From the human T2T-CHM13v2.0 reference genome, Homo sapiens, in NCBI RefSeq assembly GCF_009914755.1, contig NC_060929.1: a stretch of DNA of 64,000 bases; one strand, given 5' to 3'. Within the stretch, counting starts at the first letter, position 1. Each line of letters starts with the position of its first letter. The position numbers were made by a program, and so were the translations under genes. The notes below the pieces were generated by a model that saw nothing but the letters and a program-made list of their open reading frames with translations, did not search any database and was not told the DNA's origin. Below are positions 1 to 17,032 of this stretch, piece by piece.

Positions 1-102
1 GTGAATTATGAAATTCAGAAGCATGTTTATTACACATGTCAGGTATGAGCAATAATAATAAAATGCAAAACTGTATGCCCGTGACCCAGCTTAAAGAATG
101 GA

Positions 103-194
103 ATGTTAGCAGTCTCTTTCAACTTCCCTCTGTTCTTCTGCAATTTCATGTTACCAGTCTCTTTCAACTTCCCTCTGTTCTTCTGCAATTTCAT
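103..194. repeat. 45-bp tandem duplication (2 copies)
   Basis: atgtta(g/c)cagtctctttcaacttccctctgttcttctgcaatttc starts at 103 and 148, with one mismatch. Confidence 0.95.
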
Positions 195-315
195 TGTCCC
201 CGCTGGGATGTCTCCATCATGATTTTGTTGTGCTCATTCCAGTTTTGCTACTTACATATGTATTATAATATTAATGTTGCAGGTTTGGAGTCTAATGCAA
301 ATTGACTCATACTGT

Positions 316-1221
316 CTTCTTTTTGGTTATCAAAGAATTTCATATATATTTAAGGTGTACAATGTGATGTTTTATTATATGTGTATACATACTGTAGTCA
401 TTACTAGGGTCAAGTAAATTAACATATCCATCATCTCACATGTTTCCGTTTTTTGTGGAAAGAATTTCTAAAGCAAAGAGTTTTAAAGTAAAGAGTTAAG
501 AGATCTAAGGAGTTCTGAAGTAAAGAGTTTCTTAGCAGTTTCTTTATATAATACAATATTATTAACTGTAGTCCACATACTGTGGTTAGATCTCTAGACT
601 TCATCTGCTATAACTGCATCTTTGTACCTCTTGACCTCTATCTATTCCTTCTTCCTCCACTTTTGTTAACCATGTTTCTACTCTGTGTTGCTATGTATTA
701 TTATTTTTAAGATTCCACATGTAAGTGAGATCATGCAGTATTTGTCTTTCTCTGTATGGGTTATTTCATTTAAATAATGTCCTCTGGATTCATACATGTT
801 GTTGCAAATGTCAGGATCTCCTTTTTTAAGGCTGAATCGTATTCCGTTGTATAAATGCATACCACATCTTTATGCATTCATCCGCTGATGGATATTTAGG
901 TTGTTTCCATATCTTGGCTATTGTCAATAATGCTGCAATGAACATAGGAATGCAAATATCTTTACTACGAGGTGATTTCATTTCCTTTGGATATATACCC
1001 AGCAGGGACTACTGTGTCATGTAGTAGTCCTATTTCTAATTTCTTTAGGAATCACCATGCATTTTTTTTTACAGTGGCTGCACCAATCTGTATTCCCATC
1101 AAGACTGTACAGAGGTTCCTTTTACTTCTCACCCTCACCAACACTTATACCTTTTTGATAACAGCCATCCTAACAGGCATGAGATGGTATCTCATTGCAG
1201 TTTTGATTTGCATTTGACTGA
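316..1221 (-). mobile_element. Old L1 (L1MA-like) 3' end: ORF2 C-terminus and 3' UTR
   Basis: Typical L1MA 3' motifs such as tatatttaaggtgtacaa, ccacatgtaagtgagatcatgcagtatttgtc, and gagatggtatctcattgcagttttgatttgcatt. Confidence 0.85.
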
Positions 1222-1944
1222 TCACAAAAAATCCCAAGTAGCCAAAACAACCTTGAGAAAGAAAAATAAAGTTGGAGGCATCACATTTCTTGATTTCAAA
1301 TTATATTACAAAGCAAAAGTAATCAAAACAGTATGGTACTAGCATAAAAGCACATACATAAGCCAATGGAATATAATAGAGCCTAGAAATAAATCCAAGC
1401 CTAACCAGTCAACTAATCTTGGATAAGGCCACCAAGATAATGCAGATAAGAATAGTCTCTTCAATAAATGGTACAGGGAAAACTGGATATTAACCTGCAA
1501 AAGAATGAATCTGGGCCTTATCTTACACCATACGTCAGTTCAGAATGGATTAAAGACTTAAGATGTGAAAATGTAACATTCTTAGAATAAAATATAGGGG
1601 AAAATCTCCTTGATATTGGCTCCAGCAATGATTTCATGGATATGACTCCCAAAGCACAGGCAATAAAAGGAAGAATAAACAGTGAGGTTACATCAAACTA
1701 AAAAGCTGTGCACACCAAAGGAAGCAGTCAACAAAAGGAGAAGACAGCCAATGGAATGGGAGAAAATATTTGCAGACATTATATCAGATAAAGGATTGAT
1801 ATCCAAAATATATAAGGAACTTATGTAACTCAATGGCAAAAAGAAACCTGTTTATAAAATCAGCAAGTGACCTAAACAAACATTTGTCCAAAGAAAACAG
1901 AAAAATGGCCAACAGGTATATGAAAAGGTGCTCAATATCATGAT
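1222..1944 (+). mobile_element. Inverted 5' part of the same old L1 (degenerate ORF2)
   Basis: Sense ORF2-like sequence from gttggaggcatcacatttcttgatttcaaattatattacaaagc to atggccaacaggtatatgaaaaggtgctcaatatca. Confidence 0.85.
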
Positions 1945-2040
1945 GTATTATTTTATACCTCACTTTTTTTTAGTTGGCATTATATTCATGAGAATTGCCC
2001 ATGTTGCAGCCTGTAGCTATAGTTCTTTCATTTTCATTAC

Positions 2041-2170
2041 TTTTCTTGCTCGTCTGTCTGCTTCCCTCCCTATATCTCTCTCCCTCAGTTTCTCTCTCCA
2101 TCCCTTCTTCTGCTCCTCCCTTCCTCTCTCCATTCATCCCTTTCCCCTCCTCCTTCCCTCTTTCTTTCAC
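2041..2170. repeat. CT-rich low-complexity tract
   Basis: Almost purely pyrimidine on the + strand. Confidence 0.8.
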
Positions 2171-2330
2171 ACATATTTATTGCATTCTTTCCATGTGCCA
2201 GACACTGTTCTAGGTTCTGAGGACAGACACAGCAGTAAATAAAACAAGGTGAAAATCCCTGCCTTAATGGGACTTAAGTTCCAGGTGGAGACACAGATGT
2301 TAAACAAAATTATTACAATATTCATACATT
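2170..2330 (-). mobile_element. L2 fragment (3' end)
   Basis: tatttattg...atgtgccagacactgttctaggttctgaggaca...gcagtaaataaaaca resembles the reverse-complemented L2 3' end. Confidence 0.6.
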
Positions 2331-3798
2331 AGCCATTATGAATTGTTATGCAGAAAGGAAGAGTGAAAAGGGATTAGGGGAGCCTGGTATACAGAGATGG
2401 CTTTCAACATTAGAAAGGATGGTTGGGGAAAATATAGCAGAACTTACTTATCTTTTCTTCTGCTGATAGACACTTAGTTGTTTCCTTCTGGGGCTATAAT
2501 GAACAATGCTTCCATATGTCTTCTGCTGGAAAGGTGCAGAAGTATCTCTGAGGTGTATGTTCCTAGGAGTGGAATTTTTGAATTTCTTAGAAAAAGGCAA
2601 GTTGTTTTTCAGTGATAATGATTTATTCCTCTTTGCATCTTCAGTACTTAGTATAGTGCTTGGCACCAAGTTGGGCTAACACTTGCTTGAGCAAGTGGAA
2701 CTTTGTTGTAGAAACGAGAATAGAGGCTGGCACTCCATACCTACTTCATCACGTTAATTGCGCTCTGCTATTTAAACGTTGACCTTGCATGGAAAGCAGA
2801 GACCAGACTTTCCTTTATTTTCTGTGCGAAAGTTCTCTTAGGAAATGCCTTCTGACATTTGTTGAGTTCATGCTGGCTGCAACCACTGGGGCTGCTAAAG
2901 CGTCTTTCACAGTAGAGGAACACTGGAGGTAGAGTCTAGCTGTTTATTGCAAGTATTTCTCACTCTCCTGTTTGAAACAATCCTCAAGGAAGCCGAGTTC
3001 TCTTTAGAGGATGTCATCCCTCCTTCCTTCTCTGCTCCTGGCTCCTAATGCTTGCCTAAAGAGTTTGCTCTTTCCAGCTTCCTCTATGGAGTCAGAAGTC
3101 TCCACTTGAACTTGCCCCTTTGAAAGTTCCTGTTGGGCTGATGTTTTGGCAAGCAGAATGTTGCACTTAAAATTGATCCTTCCTTGCTTGTAGAAAATGC
3201 ATCTAAGGTACTTAGGGAATTATTTGGGGTTGGGAAGGCTTGATGCCTCATAAAATGAAGCTCTGGGCTGAAATACTGTTGAAATATGTCAAGCTCCAGA
3301 GTTGTGCCTTTACTTTCTAAATATTTCAAAAAAAAATGGGTGCTTATATCCAGTCACTTTGTGTATGAGTGTCTCACCAGGTTTTCAGTGTCCAGCCTCA
3401 GCATTTAAAATAAATTCATGTCTTATGAAGCCCTTTTATCGTTGGAAACCATTCTTCCTGGTTCACACATGTAACAGATGATTTGTGAATGTGTTTTCTG
3501 CAGTCCTTTCTGGTATATACTGAACCATTTGGTTACCAGCTAAGTTTATTAAAAATTAGGATAGAATATTCTTCCTATCAAAGGGCTCTGGAGTGTCTAT
3601 TATGAGATTCCTGTCTATTTCCCTTTCTCCTCCATTATTAAAAAATTCATAATTTACATTGGTGTCATATTAATGCAAAACAACAGGTTTTATGATTTTT
3701 GCCATTTTAGTATAGTCATTCTTACATTTTGTTTCCAGCTTTTAAAAATAATTTTTGCCATCAGTTGAGTGAATAGGACAATTATGATGTCAGTAATA

Positions 3799-3800
<2 letters not shown>

Positions 3801-3842
<42 letters not shown>
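3801..3842. repeat. (TG)n microsatellite
   Basis: About 17 perfect TG units followed by a degenerate end. Confidence 0.95.
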
Positions 3843-3843
<1 letters not shown>

Positions 3844-4841
3844 ACAATATGTTTAGTCAACCCCATTCTAGATTTTCTCAAACAAGACAGTAAAACTAAA
3901 TGGCAGTGTTCATGGGATTTATTGAGTAAATATATTTTAAGTAGATATACACGCCCAATATTAGCAATAGCAGGAAATGAAAAAGGAGTAAAAAAGAAAA
4001 AAGAAACCAACAAAACCTTGGACTGCAGTTCAGTAAAGAAAGAAAATCTTATTTATTATTTAACTGCTCTGTGATTTCAGTTTCTTCTTCTCTCCTTTTA
4101 GTTTGAATCTGGTCCAGTATCCCGGATGCCAAATGACTTTCAGGAAGGTTTCCGACACTAAATCTACAGAAATCCATTTAGCCAGAGTTGTGTGTATGGA
4201 TATACAATTTTGTGCACAATATGCCTGAAATACATTCAAAATGTTATGAGGTTTGCTATTTTGGCTCCTGCGCTAATGATGCACAGCACTGATATTAAAA
4301 GCTCCACTAACAGTTATGTGGTTTTTATTTTAAAATAAATAAAACATTTTAAATCTTTCAGCTAGTAAAAATGCTACAATGTATTTGTGTCTTTTTTTAA
4401 TATAAAGATAAGGTTTTAGAATAGTAAATAAAACCAAACATTTATAGGTGTTTTCAATATGCTGCTATTAAAATAATAGTAATAAAAGTAGATTTTCCTG
4501 TTTTAGAAAGAAAAAGGCATATGATCATTCCCACTAAAATGAATGGCAGTTGGCTGCATTTTCCTGTCTTGCTGATACAATTTTTCCATGCCATAAAAAT
4601 ATGATTAGCTTGTGCTTAAAAAAAGTTTGTCAAGTCTCCATGAAGAAAATATCCATTGAAACCTAGACTGTTTCTAACATAACACCATGTTTTTACAGTA
4701 AAAATGTGAGGAAAGGAAATACTCAAATGAACGGAAACCTTCATCCTCATTCAGCCAAACTAACTCATGGTTGGGTTCTAAGTATTTGTTAAAGGAGTAA
4801 AGAGAAAATGGGGTCTTTGTTAGAGACCCTCTAGGTCATGT

Positions 4842-5436
4842 TGTATTAGTCAGGTTCTCTGGAGAAACAGAACCAATAGGAGATGTATGTCTATAAAATA
4901 ATATATAATAAAACTAGGATATATATAATCCTCTATATATTTATTCTTAATTATAATCTTTATATATATAAATTAATAATTGTGCCAACTTCTTACAATA
5001 AATCTTGGTCTCTCTCTATATATATGTATATATATTGCACAATTATGGAGGCTAAGTCCCAATATCTACAGTCAGCAAGCCTGAAACCCGGGAGAGCTGG
5101 TAGTTTTAGTTGAAAGGCCAACAGGCTTGAGACCCAGGAAAAGCCAATGTTTCAGTTCAAGTGTGAAGGCATGAAAGAACTGGTGTCTCAGTTTCAGATA
5201 GTCAAGCAAGAGGAGTTTCTTTTACTAACAGGAAGCTCAGTCTTTTTCTTCTATTCCGGCCTTCAACTAATTGGATGAGGGTGACCCATATGAGGGAGGA
5301 CAATCTACTTTACTCAGTCTACTGATTCAAATGTGAATCTTATCCAAAAACATCCTCACAGGAACATCCATATAATGTCTGACCAAACCTCAGGGCACTC
5401 CATGGCCCAACATGTGACATAAAATGAATCATCACA
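4842..5436 (-). mobile_element. MLT2 (ERVL) solo LTR with an internal AT-rich expansion
   Basis: tgtattagtcaggttctctggagaaacagaaccaatagg ... catggccca...aatcatcaca. Flanked by catgt/cgtgt, a near-perfect 5-bp TSD. Confidence 0.85.
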
Positions 5437-7005
5437 CGTGTAAAACTTTCCTTTTTTTTTAAGGATAGGAAGAATAAAATATAGATGGCAGGAGATTAAT
5501 GACATTTACAGGAGTCTGTCTTGGAAAATTCACATCTCTTCTATGTCCTGTATTGAAAATAGATAAAAGATGGAGGAAAATGCTTTAGAGATTAGACACT
5601 TTTAGATTTTAGAGAGAGAAGAGGGTGGGGTTCAAGCTTGCTATTGTCTTGAAAGACAATTTGGATGGGCATAGGACTGAAATTGAGTGGGCTTTCCCCG
5701 GCCTGTGCTCCGCTGCCTTTTTTATTGGAGCTTAAGTAGTAAAACTGGACAACCTGCCTTTCAATTATAAGTTGAGTTGGCAGAGAAGCGCTGTCTTCTT
5801 CTGTTTTATTTAGGCAAACCAACTTAAGAATACCAAACAATAGTTGATTAATTTTCCCCAAGGATGTCTGTAAAGCATTTAATTCAGTTCAGTCAACTTG
5901 AGTAACTACCATGTGCAGTGCACTGAGCTAGGCGTGATTGCAGGGGACATGACTCAGAGCAGACACTGGGAGAAAAGGACCTTGTCTTTTTTAATGCGAA
6001 AATGAATTTTGGGGCCTAAACTCCATTTCCAACATCATAAATTACACATTTCATACAAGAAGCAACTTTTTGAGAAGCATATTTTATCGCAAATGAATAA
6101 ATAATACTAAAAGCTTTTGGAAAAGCAAATGATTACTTTTCTGCAACCTTTGAAAGATTCAGATGGCACAGACTTCTTAACCTGAGTTGTGTGAAATGCA
6201 AGGTCCTACATTGTATTTAATGCCTTTCTGGACCTATTTATGGTGACTTGCCTTCCTGTTGGGGACTTGCAAATCACTTTTGAAATAAAATGTTGCATTT
6301 GTACCTGTAGAAAGATTGTCAGTGAAGGTTTATTGCAGAGCTATTTATTCCTCCCAGTTAGACAGTGAGTCACACAGGATTCTTTCAATGGGGGATCTGA
6401 GAGAACAATCACTTTTGTCAAAGGGATGTGCATCTACTACTGCTCATCTGCTTCATATGATCTTACCACACTCATAACAATTCTGGACCTGTTGCACCAG
6501 GAGGGCAACAACATCCTGAATTTTAACTCTTCTAGCAGCTCATCAGCATCATTTGCTGGAGTTTTTTTCCTATAGACCAAAAGATGTTTTTAGACATATT
6601 TCATTCATATTTGGGCAAACCACCTAATTTTCCTGGCCCCTGTTTCCTGATGTGTAAGATGAAGGGAGTTATTTTAGTACTCATTAACTTCCCTTCCAAT
6701 CCTATGCTATGATTTTACAGATAATTAATGACAGCTGTACTTCTAGATTTCTACTTAGGTCATAAATTTTAGCAATATAAAAAGATATTTGTTTTTTCTT
6801 CCAAGCTGTAAAGTAGAATATTAAATATTTTTGAAATTTTGCGTTTCTCTCCCTTTATTCTTCTTCACAGTGAAACAGTGTGAGTTGAATTAATAATTGG
6901 AAGAGTGGGTGTCTGCTTGCACATCAGCATTCAGTGACCATTACTTGGGAATCTAGATAATTTTCACTGAGAACCTTTTGCCCTTAAGTCTGTCTCTTTC
7001 TTCTT

Positions 7006-10089
<3,084 letters not shown>

Positions 10090-10229
10090 TTAACAGAAGT
10101 ACCTTCCAGGGTGGTTTCCTGCAGCTCCACACACGGCTCGGCCTGGACTTGGGAGACCAGTTGCCCCTCAGCTGACTGAACTGTGTGTGCTGGTTCCTCT
10201 TCTGGTTTATAACTGTGCTTTAATTTTTA

Positions 10230-10544
<315 letters not shown>

Positions 10545-13500
10545 TTAAAATGTCAATGTTTGAGCAGCTAAACATCCTTGTTCTACAAGTGGATTCTGAA
10601 ATCATAAGACCTAACCATGAGTTTGACTCTGCCACTTAAGTCAATGGCCTCTAACTTTTTTTCTTTTCTAAACAATGCCGCCTCACTAGCAGTATAGAAA
10701 CTGTGATAAATGGCCTCAGTTAGTCATCCTTCCTTTAAAATTATACTAGCAACAATGAAAGGGGCTTTTGTTGGGAATCTCCAAAAACTTCTAAACCTTG
10801 ACCCTCCAGGGTCCTGGGAAAATGAAGAGATGTAGGATGTGAAAAGATGAAGGTGTTTGCTTTAAGATAGTCAGGTGGAAATAGGGTTAGAGAAAGTGAT
10901 TTGAACCCAGTGGCTTTTCCTCTTTACAAATGTGTAAACTAAAATGATTTGACCAGGTGAGAGACATTTTCTTGGGAAATATTTTCCCAAGAAAATATCA
11001 CTGTTTAATGAATTTAAATCACTGTTTAAATTCATATGAGTTGGTAGCCTGGCATTGTTAAGCAGATGACATTTCGACAGAGTTGCTGTGGGTGGGTCTG
11101 GAGTTGCCCTGGGTCCACCTCAATGCCATAAGGGAAGAGTGCTTGGAGGCTTTTGGGTGAGGTATTGTCAGTCACTGGTGGACATGTGCCTTCTCCATGG
11201 TGCTTGCTCCCATTGCAGAAGGGTTCAGCCGTGCCGTCGCAGATGCCAGTGCCCTCAGGGAGGGCAGATAAAGTGACTGCGTGCATCATCTGGGGTAGTG
11301 GTGGGGTGGTTCAGACTGTGGCAAACTAGCCCACACATGCCCCATCTCTTACCCGGTTATGAACACACAGAATTAGCCCAGAATTATCAGAGCTTCCAGG
11401 TTCCGATTTTTCAAGCAGGTCTATTAATCTGTATTCATATGTGAAATATCTAACCTTTAAATATTTAATTTTGTAAAAGACATCCACTGGGCTTAACCAA
11501 AAATGTCTGTAAGTCACCAGGTTTTTGACTTTGGGTATCAGAGCTCCTGGGTCTATCCAAAAGCCATGAACATTTACTATCTGAGTATATTTGGCATAGT
11601 CATTTAATCTTCCTGAGGCTTAGTTTTTATTTTTCAGAGTTGAAATAATGATACTTGCTCTAGAAAATTATAAGGATAAAGTCAGAGAGGGAAAATGGAA
11701 ATGATTTGTAATTGCAAAGTCTTTTGGTGGTTTAAAATGTTACATGCAAGGATAAATCATGCTCAGGTATGGAGGAGCTTTAGCAGAAACATCCATCTGG
11801 TTTCTGCTAAAAAAAAAAAAAAAAAAAAAATCTTGTTCAGGGTTCTTGTCACATACTTTACAGATGTGTTCCACTGGCCGAAAGGTGTACTGCCCTCAAA
11901 TGTGCAGCAACCCACCTAACTCCTCCACTGAAATATCAAGCTGAGGCTGCTCACCAGCAGCTCCTGTCATCTTTGACTTTGAAAAAGCAGGTTGTGTCTA
12001 GATTGTGGACCAGCAGGCGTAAGGGCCTGTGTGTGCCTCCATGTGGGAATTTAGAGCCATGGCTCCAGTTCTGGGCTTTGATGGGGTGGAGATGGGCCCA
12101 TGTCATGCTGGTTTTCTATTGTGGAACATTGACTCAGAAAGCAGGTTGCTTAAAGAAGGATTAGGAAGAGGACCTGGAGGCTGCAACCTATAGTCTGTCT
12201 TCTCCCTTCATGCCCTTGTCCAAGCAGCGTAAACCACAAACTCTCCCACTGCCCCATACACCCCCAAGATACCAGTATATATACCTCACCCTTTGTGACT
12301 GCTTTTCCACAGTTAAAGGAAGACCTCTCTTGATTTATGTTGAACCAGGTTTACCCCTGTAAGCGTAGAATTTTTCTTTGTTGGGAGGAGAATCAGGAAG
12401 GTTTTCAGGGAATATGTCTCACTCTGGATTTTAGAGAAGCCCTGCCAGATCCCAAACTCATCAGGCAAGGTTAATCACCTCCCCTTCCCCCAAAATTGTG
12501 TCCTGCAGTATCTGGACACATCTCTGTGATTTCACTTTTTTGTTTACTCCAGGTGTTTGTCATCCATAATAGACTAAAATCTTCAAAGGGAGACAGTACA
12601 AATGTTATTTATTTTTAATTCTGCGGCCCAGTAAGCAGCTCAATAAATGCTGGTGCAGTTGCACTGAGAGATGCTGAGCCTTCCATGTCTTTGAGTCTCA
12701 GGAGAATGTAGAGTGTCTACAAAAGCATGTGCATTCCTGTTTAGAGAACTAGAGAGAGGAGGAGGCAAGGAATATTACAGCACAAAGTTTCAAAGAATCT
12801 TGCCAATAAGATGGTCAAACCAGCTCAAAAAAATAGATTTTTCCCTTTTTTAGTGAACTTTTGAATCAGAAGGAAATGATAGGTTTAGTTTGGTAAAATA
12901 AAAGAAGGGGGAAGCTATAACAAGTCTTTTTAATAATGGTGATGTTGGCCGAAGAAGGGATTTTTATGGGAGGCATCACTCAGTTTTACAAAGGAAGGCA
13001 GTGTAGAAGTCACAGTTTGGAATTTTCTTTGTCTTCCTCAGGAAAAAAGATGTTCTTGTTAAGCAGTGACTTCTGCCAATGTCAAGCAGATAGTTTCTGT
13101 TGTTAGGGAATGCTCGGGTCACTTAATCAGATACTCTGCTTCAGCCAATCAGTACTCAGGAGTAATGTCAGTGTGCCTTGGATCTCTGCAGAGCATGAAT
13201 GTGAGGTCATCGGTACAAATTAATAGTTTATCACGAGGTCCTTGACTTGTACTATCATAAATGTAGATGATTGTTAATGAACATCTGTACCACTTCCGTC
13301 AGCAACCCCACTGAAAACAAAAAAGGTAATAGCTGGAAACTTCTGAGTCATATAAACATAAAGCTGATATATAGAACTGAGCATTGTTCTTACATTCAGT
13401 ATATTGCTGAGCCAGAACAAAACCCCTAAGTTCTTCTTACTTAACTCTTTAAGACTTCTGAGTGGAATTCATTTTCCCAGAAGTCCTTTGGTAGCTTTCT

Positions 13501-14373
13501 ATTGTCTATACCTGTCATTATTATTAATTCAAAGCCATTACAAATATCCAGCAGCTCTTACAGGTGCAAAATCTGTAATAATATATGTTTTCTAAAATTC
13601 AGAAATACTTTATGAATGAATAAACTCTGCCATCTCCAGAATGGTTTATCATATAACAGTTTTGACTTAAAAATAAACTTTAATGCCTCCACTGTAAAAG
13701 TGCAGATAGATAAAATATGCTTTAACAATAGAAATGCTTATTAAGCAATAATTTACCAGGTTCTATAAAATAACTCGGGTTCAACCTAATATTCAGTGTA
13801 AGAGAAAGATATTTTTTAGGATGAAATAAATGCAAATCCTAGCAGACTTTGGATATGTACTTCATTATTTTATGTAGAAATTTACAGATAGTAGGTGCAA
13901 ATATTTCTGCACTATTGAAATTAGATTAAGACTAAAAATAAACCATTTTTAAACATTCATAAACAGTGAAGAACTGAAATAAGCCAGTAGCTTCGTTATT
14001 CATGGGTATACTGGACATTTATACATGAATATAGCTCTGTTTGCTTCAAGGTAACATTTCACTCTATGCTGGTATTTAATATGTAATGGAGAGAGTGAGA
14101 GAGTAAGCCTGCCCGTGTGAGGTGCTTGTAAGCCTGTATTGAGTATTACCCTTGGGCTTTGGGCTGGAGCGTTCTGGTAGCTACCAACCTTAGGTCATTT
14201 GCTTTAAATGAAATACTAGTGCTTGTTGATGTAGGAATTGGAATTATGGAAAGTAAGAAAACAACATAAAAATGAAATTGATCTATTGGAAGCAGGATGG
14301 GTCCTCAACTAGTTGCTCATATCTCTTAGCCATTCTGACTTGAAATCTTTGTAGTCATTTTCGATTCTTGGCA

Positions 14374-14592
14374 TTAGTTCTCAACCAGTGCAGTTTTGCC
14401 TCCCAGGGGACATCTGGTTATCCGGAGACATTTTTTGTTTTCACAATTGTGGGAGAAAAAGTGGGGAGTGCTGCTGGCATCTGGCATCTAGTGAGTAGAA
14501 GTCAGGGATGATGTTAAACATCCTAAAATACACAGGACAGCATCCACAACAAAGAATCATCCGGTCTGAAATGTTACAGCTGGGAGTCCCTG
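14374..14592 (-). mobile_element. MER20 (hAT-Charlie) DNA transposon
   Basis: gttctcaacc...ccaggggacatctgg...tgctggcatctagtgagtagaagtcagggatgatgttaaacatccta...aaagaat. Confidence 0.8.
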
Positions 14593-15454
14593 GATCAGAA
14601 AAAGCCAGCTCCAAGAAATCACATTTTGTTTCTTTCAACCTGAATTACAGAGTAGTCCAGGTTTGTCTTTAACTTATTCTGCCATGGAGATGTGTTTTCA
14701 TATAAACTTGTCTCTTTTTGTGGACTTATTTATTTACTTTTATCATTTGTGTTTGCTTGCTTTGTTTTTTTCCTGTAAATGTGAAACAGATCTAGAGTTT
14801 GATTCTTTGACGAGCGCAACAGGGAATTGAAAATCACACAAACAAGAGTGTTTTCTTGGTTGTTTTTGGTTATAATAGCTTTCTGTTTTAAGTGATCAGA
14901 AAAGACAGATCCCTTTGAGTTCTGTTGTGTTAGAGGCATAAATGGATGGCCATTTTATTTTAGATTAGATGTTCCCATTCTGGTGGCTTCATATTATAAG
15001 TCTGTGATAATAAGTGAGTGTTCCTTTACTTTAAAACATGTTTTTGTTTCTTTGTGCTTGGTTTTTGGACTGCTTAGCAGAACATTTCAGTTGGCAACTG
15101 TAGCTTTTTCTTACATCTTATACTTCAACTATTTTCAAACTGGCATGCAATAACATAAGCAGAATGAAATGTATTAAGTGTGTGTTTATGTCTATTGGGA
15201 AATATGGTGTAATCTGTAGCTACTTATTCCTTTTTGTTTTAGCACAATATGCCTGTCTCATTGTACACTGTTCTAGGAGCAAATAACTAGTTTCCACAAA
15301 GAACAAGGAACCTATCAACATAGAGGTAAATTATTGGCAATTGACATTCCTGGCCTTCAAAAATACATTCTCCATTCCCTGCTTTAGTCTGCACTGTGTT
15401 TTTTTGTGTTTGATTTATATTTGTAAATGGTAAGTGAGTTCAGTGATTCATTAA

Positions 15455-15800
<346 letters not shown>

Positions 15801-17011
15801 GAGAATCTCATTCTTAATGTATCTATTTTAGCATTAGGCTGGGTTTATCCTGAAGCACTTTCCCAGAATATGAAGGGAGGTGCCTTATGAATCTGAAAAA
15901 AGTTTTGTAGTAGAATGATAATATTCAAGTAGCTAGAGTTTATTAATGAGCAAGAAGCTATATCTTTGGAAAGTAAGAATAATATTTATGTTGTTACTGC
16001 TCAGCATATGGCAAAATTCACCAAGCAAAGAAGCAGTGGATATTAAAGGTTTGCTTAACTTAACGGCTGGTGTGGATCACTGACATTGAAGATACCTTTA
16101 AAAAGATTGATTTTTTTTTTTGGTCCTTAATAACTTGATGAAACCATAAAGTTTAGATGAGGTAGTTGGCCGCCTGAGGTTTGGGTCATTAGCTTGAATG
16201 ATCATTCCCAGGTGTTTATACATCTCATTACGACAGTCATCCACCATTTTTCTGCTACTCTGATTATCTGTTTATCTGTCTGTCTTTCCCATTATTTTGT
16301 AGCTGCTCTAAGAGAGGAGGCATTTTCTGATCATCTTTGTATCCTGGGCATTCCCTAACACAGTGGTGTGAATATAGCAAAGATTAAAATTTTTTTAAAG
16401 TAAAAGCTGAGTTGAATTGAAAGAAAATAGTATCAATTATTTTGCCATAAAGGCTTTATTAAACATGAAGATTCCAGTGTCCTGAGATTTTATGTGAAAT
16501 CTTCTGAGAAGCAGCCTGGATAACAATGCGTCCTAGGAGCCTGGCTTCATTTTAAACTGCCTACCATGAAATGACTTCTGACAGGCGTGGTTCACTCTTT
16601 ACGGTCCGGTGACTAGCTGTGTCCCTTCCTGAGAACTCTGGGTCAGCGTGGCCTCTGACAATGTCATCCACGTCCTTGTGGCGTTAATTATCTACACCAT
16701 GGTATCTGGGTTCTTCAGAGATTGGCCTCTATTGTCCCCAGGGGCAGGGGGGCATTTATTTTCTTCCCCATGTGAGTGTGAGCTTCCTGTGAGTGCCACT
16801 GTCTTATCAGAGAAGTCAGGTAATTATGGAAAGTGTCTATGTGACAGAGAGTGACCGCTTTCTATTTAGCTAGCTGCATTGCATCATCGTTCGTTGCAGC
16901 TTCTGGAAGGGATATGTTCTGGGGGACACAATCATTTTTAAGTAAATTAAAATATATTCTAGTTGTTTTTGTTCTGATTCCTATAATGAATCATTACTAT
17001 GTAATGCATTT

Positions 17012-17032
17012 TGTGTGTGTGTGTGTGTGTGT
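17012..17032. repeat. (TG)n microsatellite
   Basis: About 10 TG units. Confidence 0.9.

Noticed and set aside
465-530. Short degenerate aagtaaagagtt repeats
   Set aside because: Small slippage repeats inside an old L1 3' UTR with no sign of function.
10966-10996. Paired TGGGAA/TTCCCA as a Notch sequence-paired site
   Set aside because: The spacer is only about 5 bp, whereas SPS sites need about 15-17 bp.
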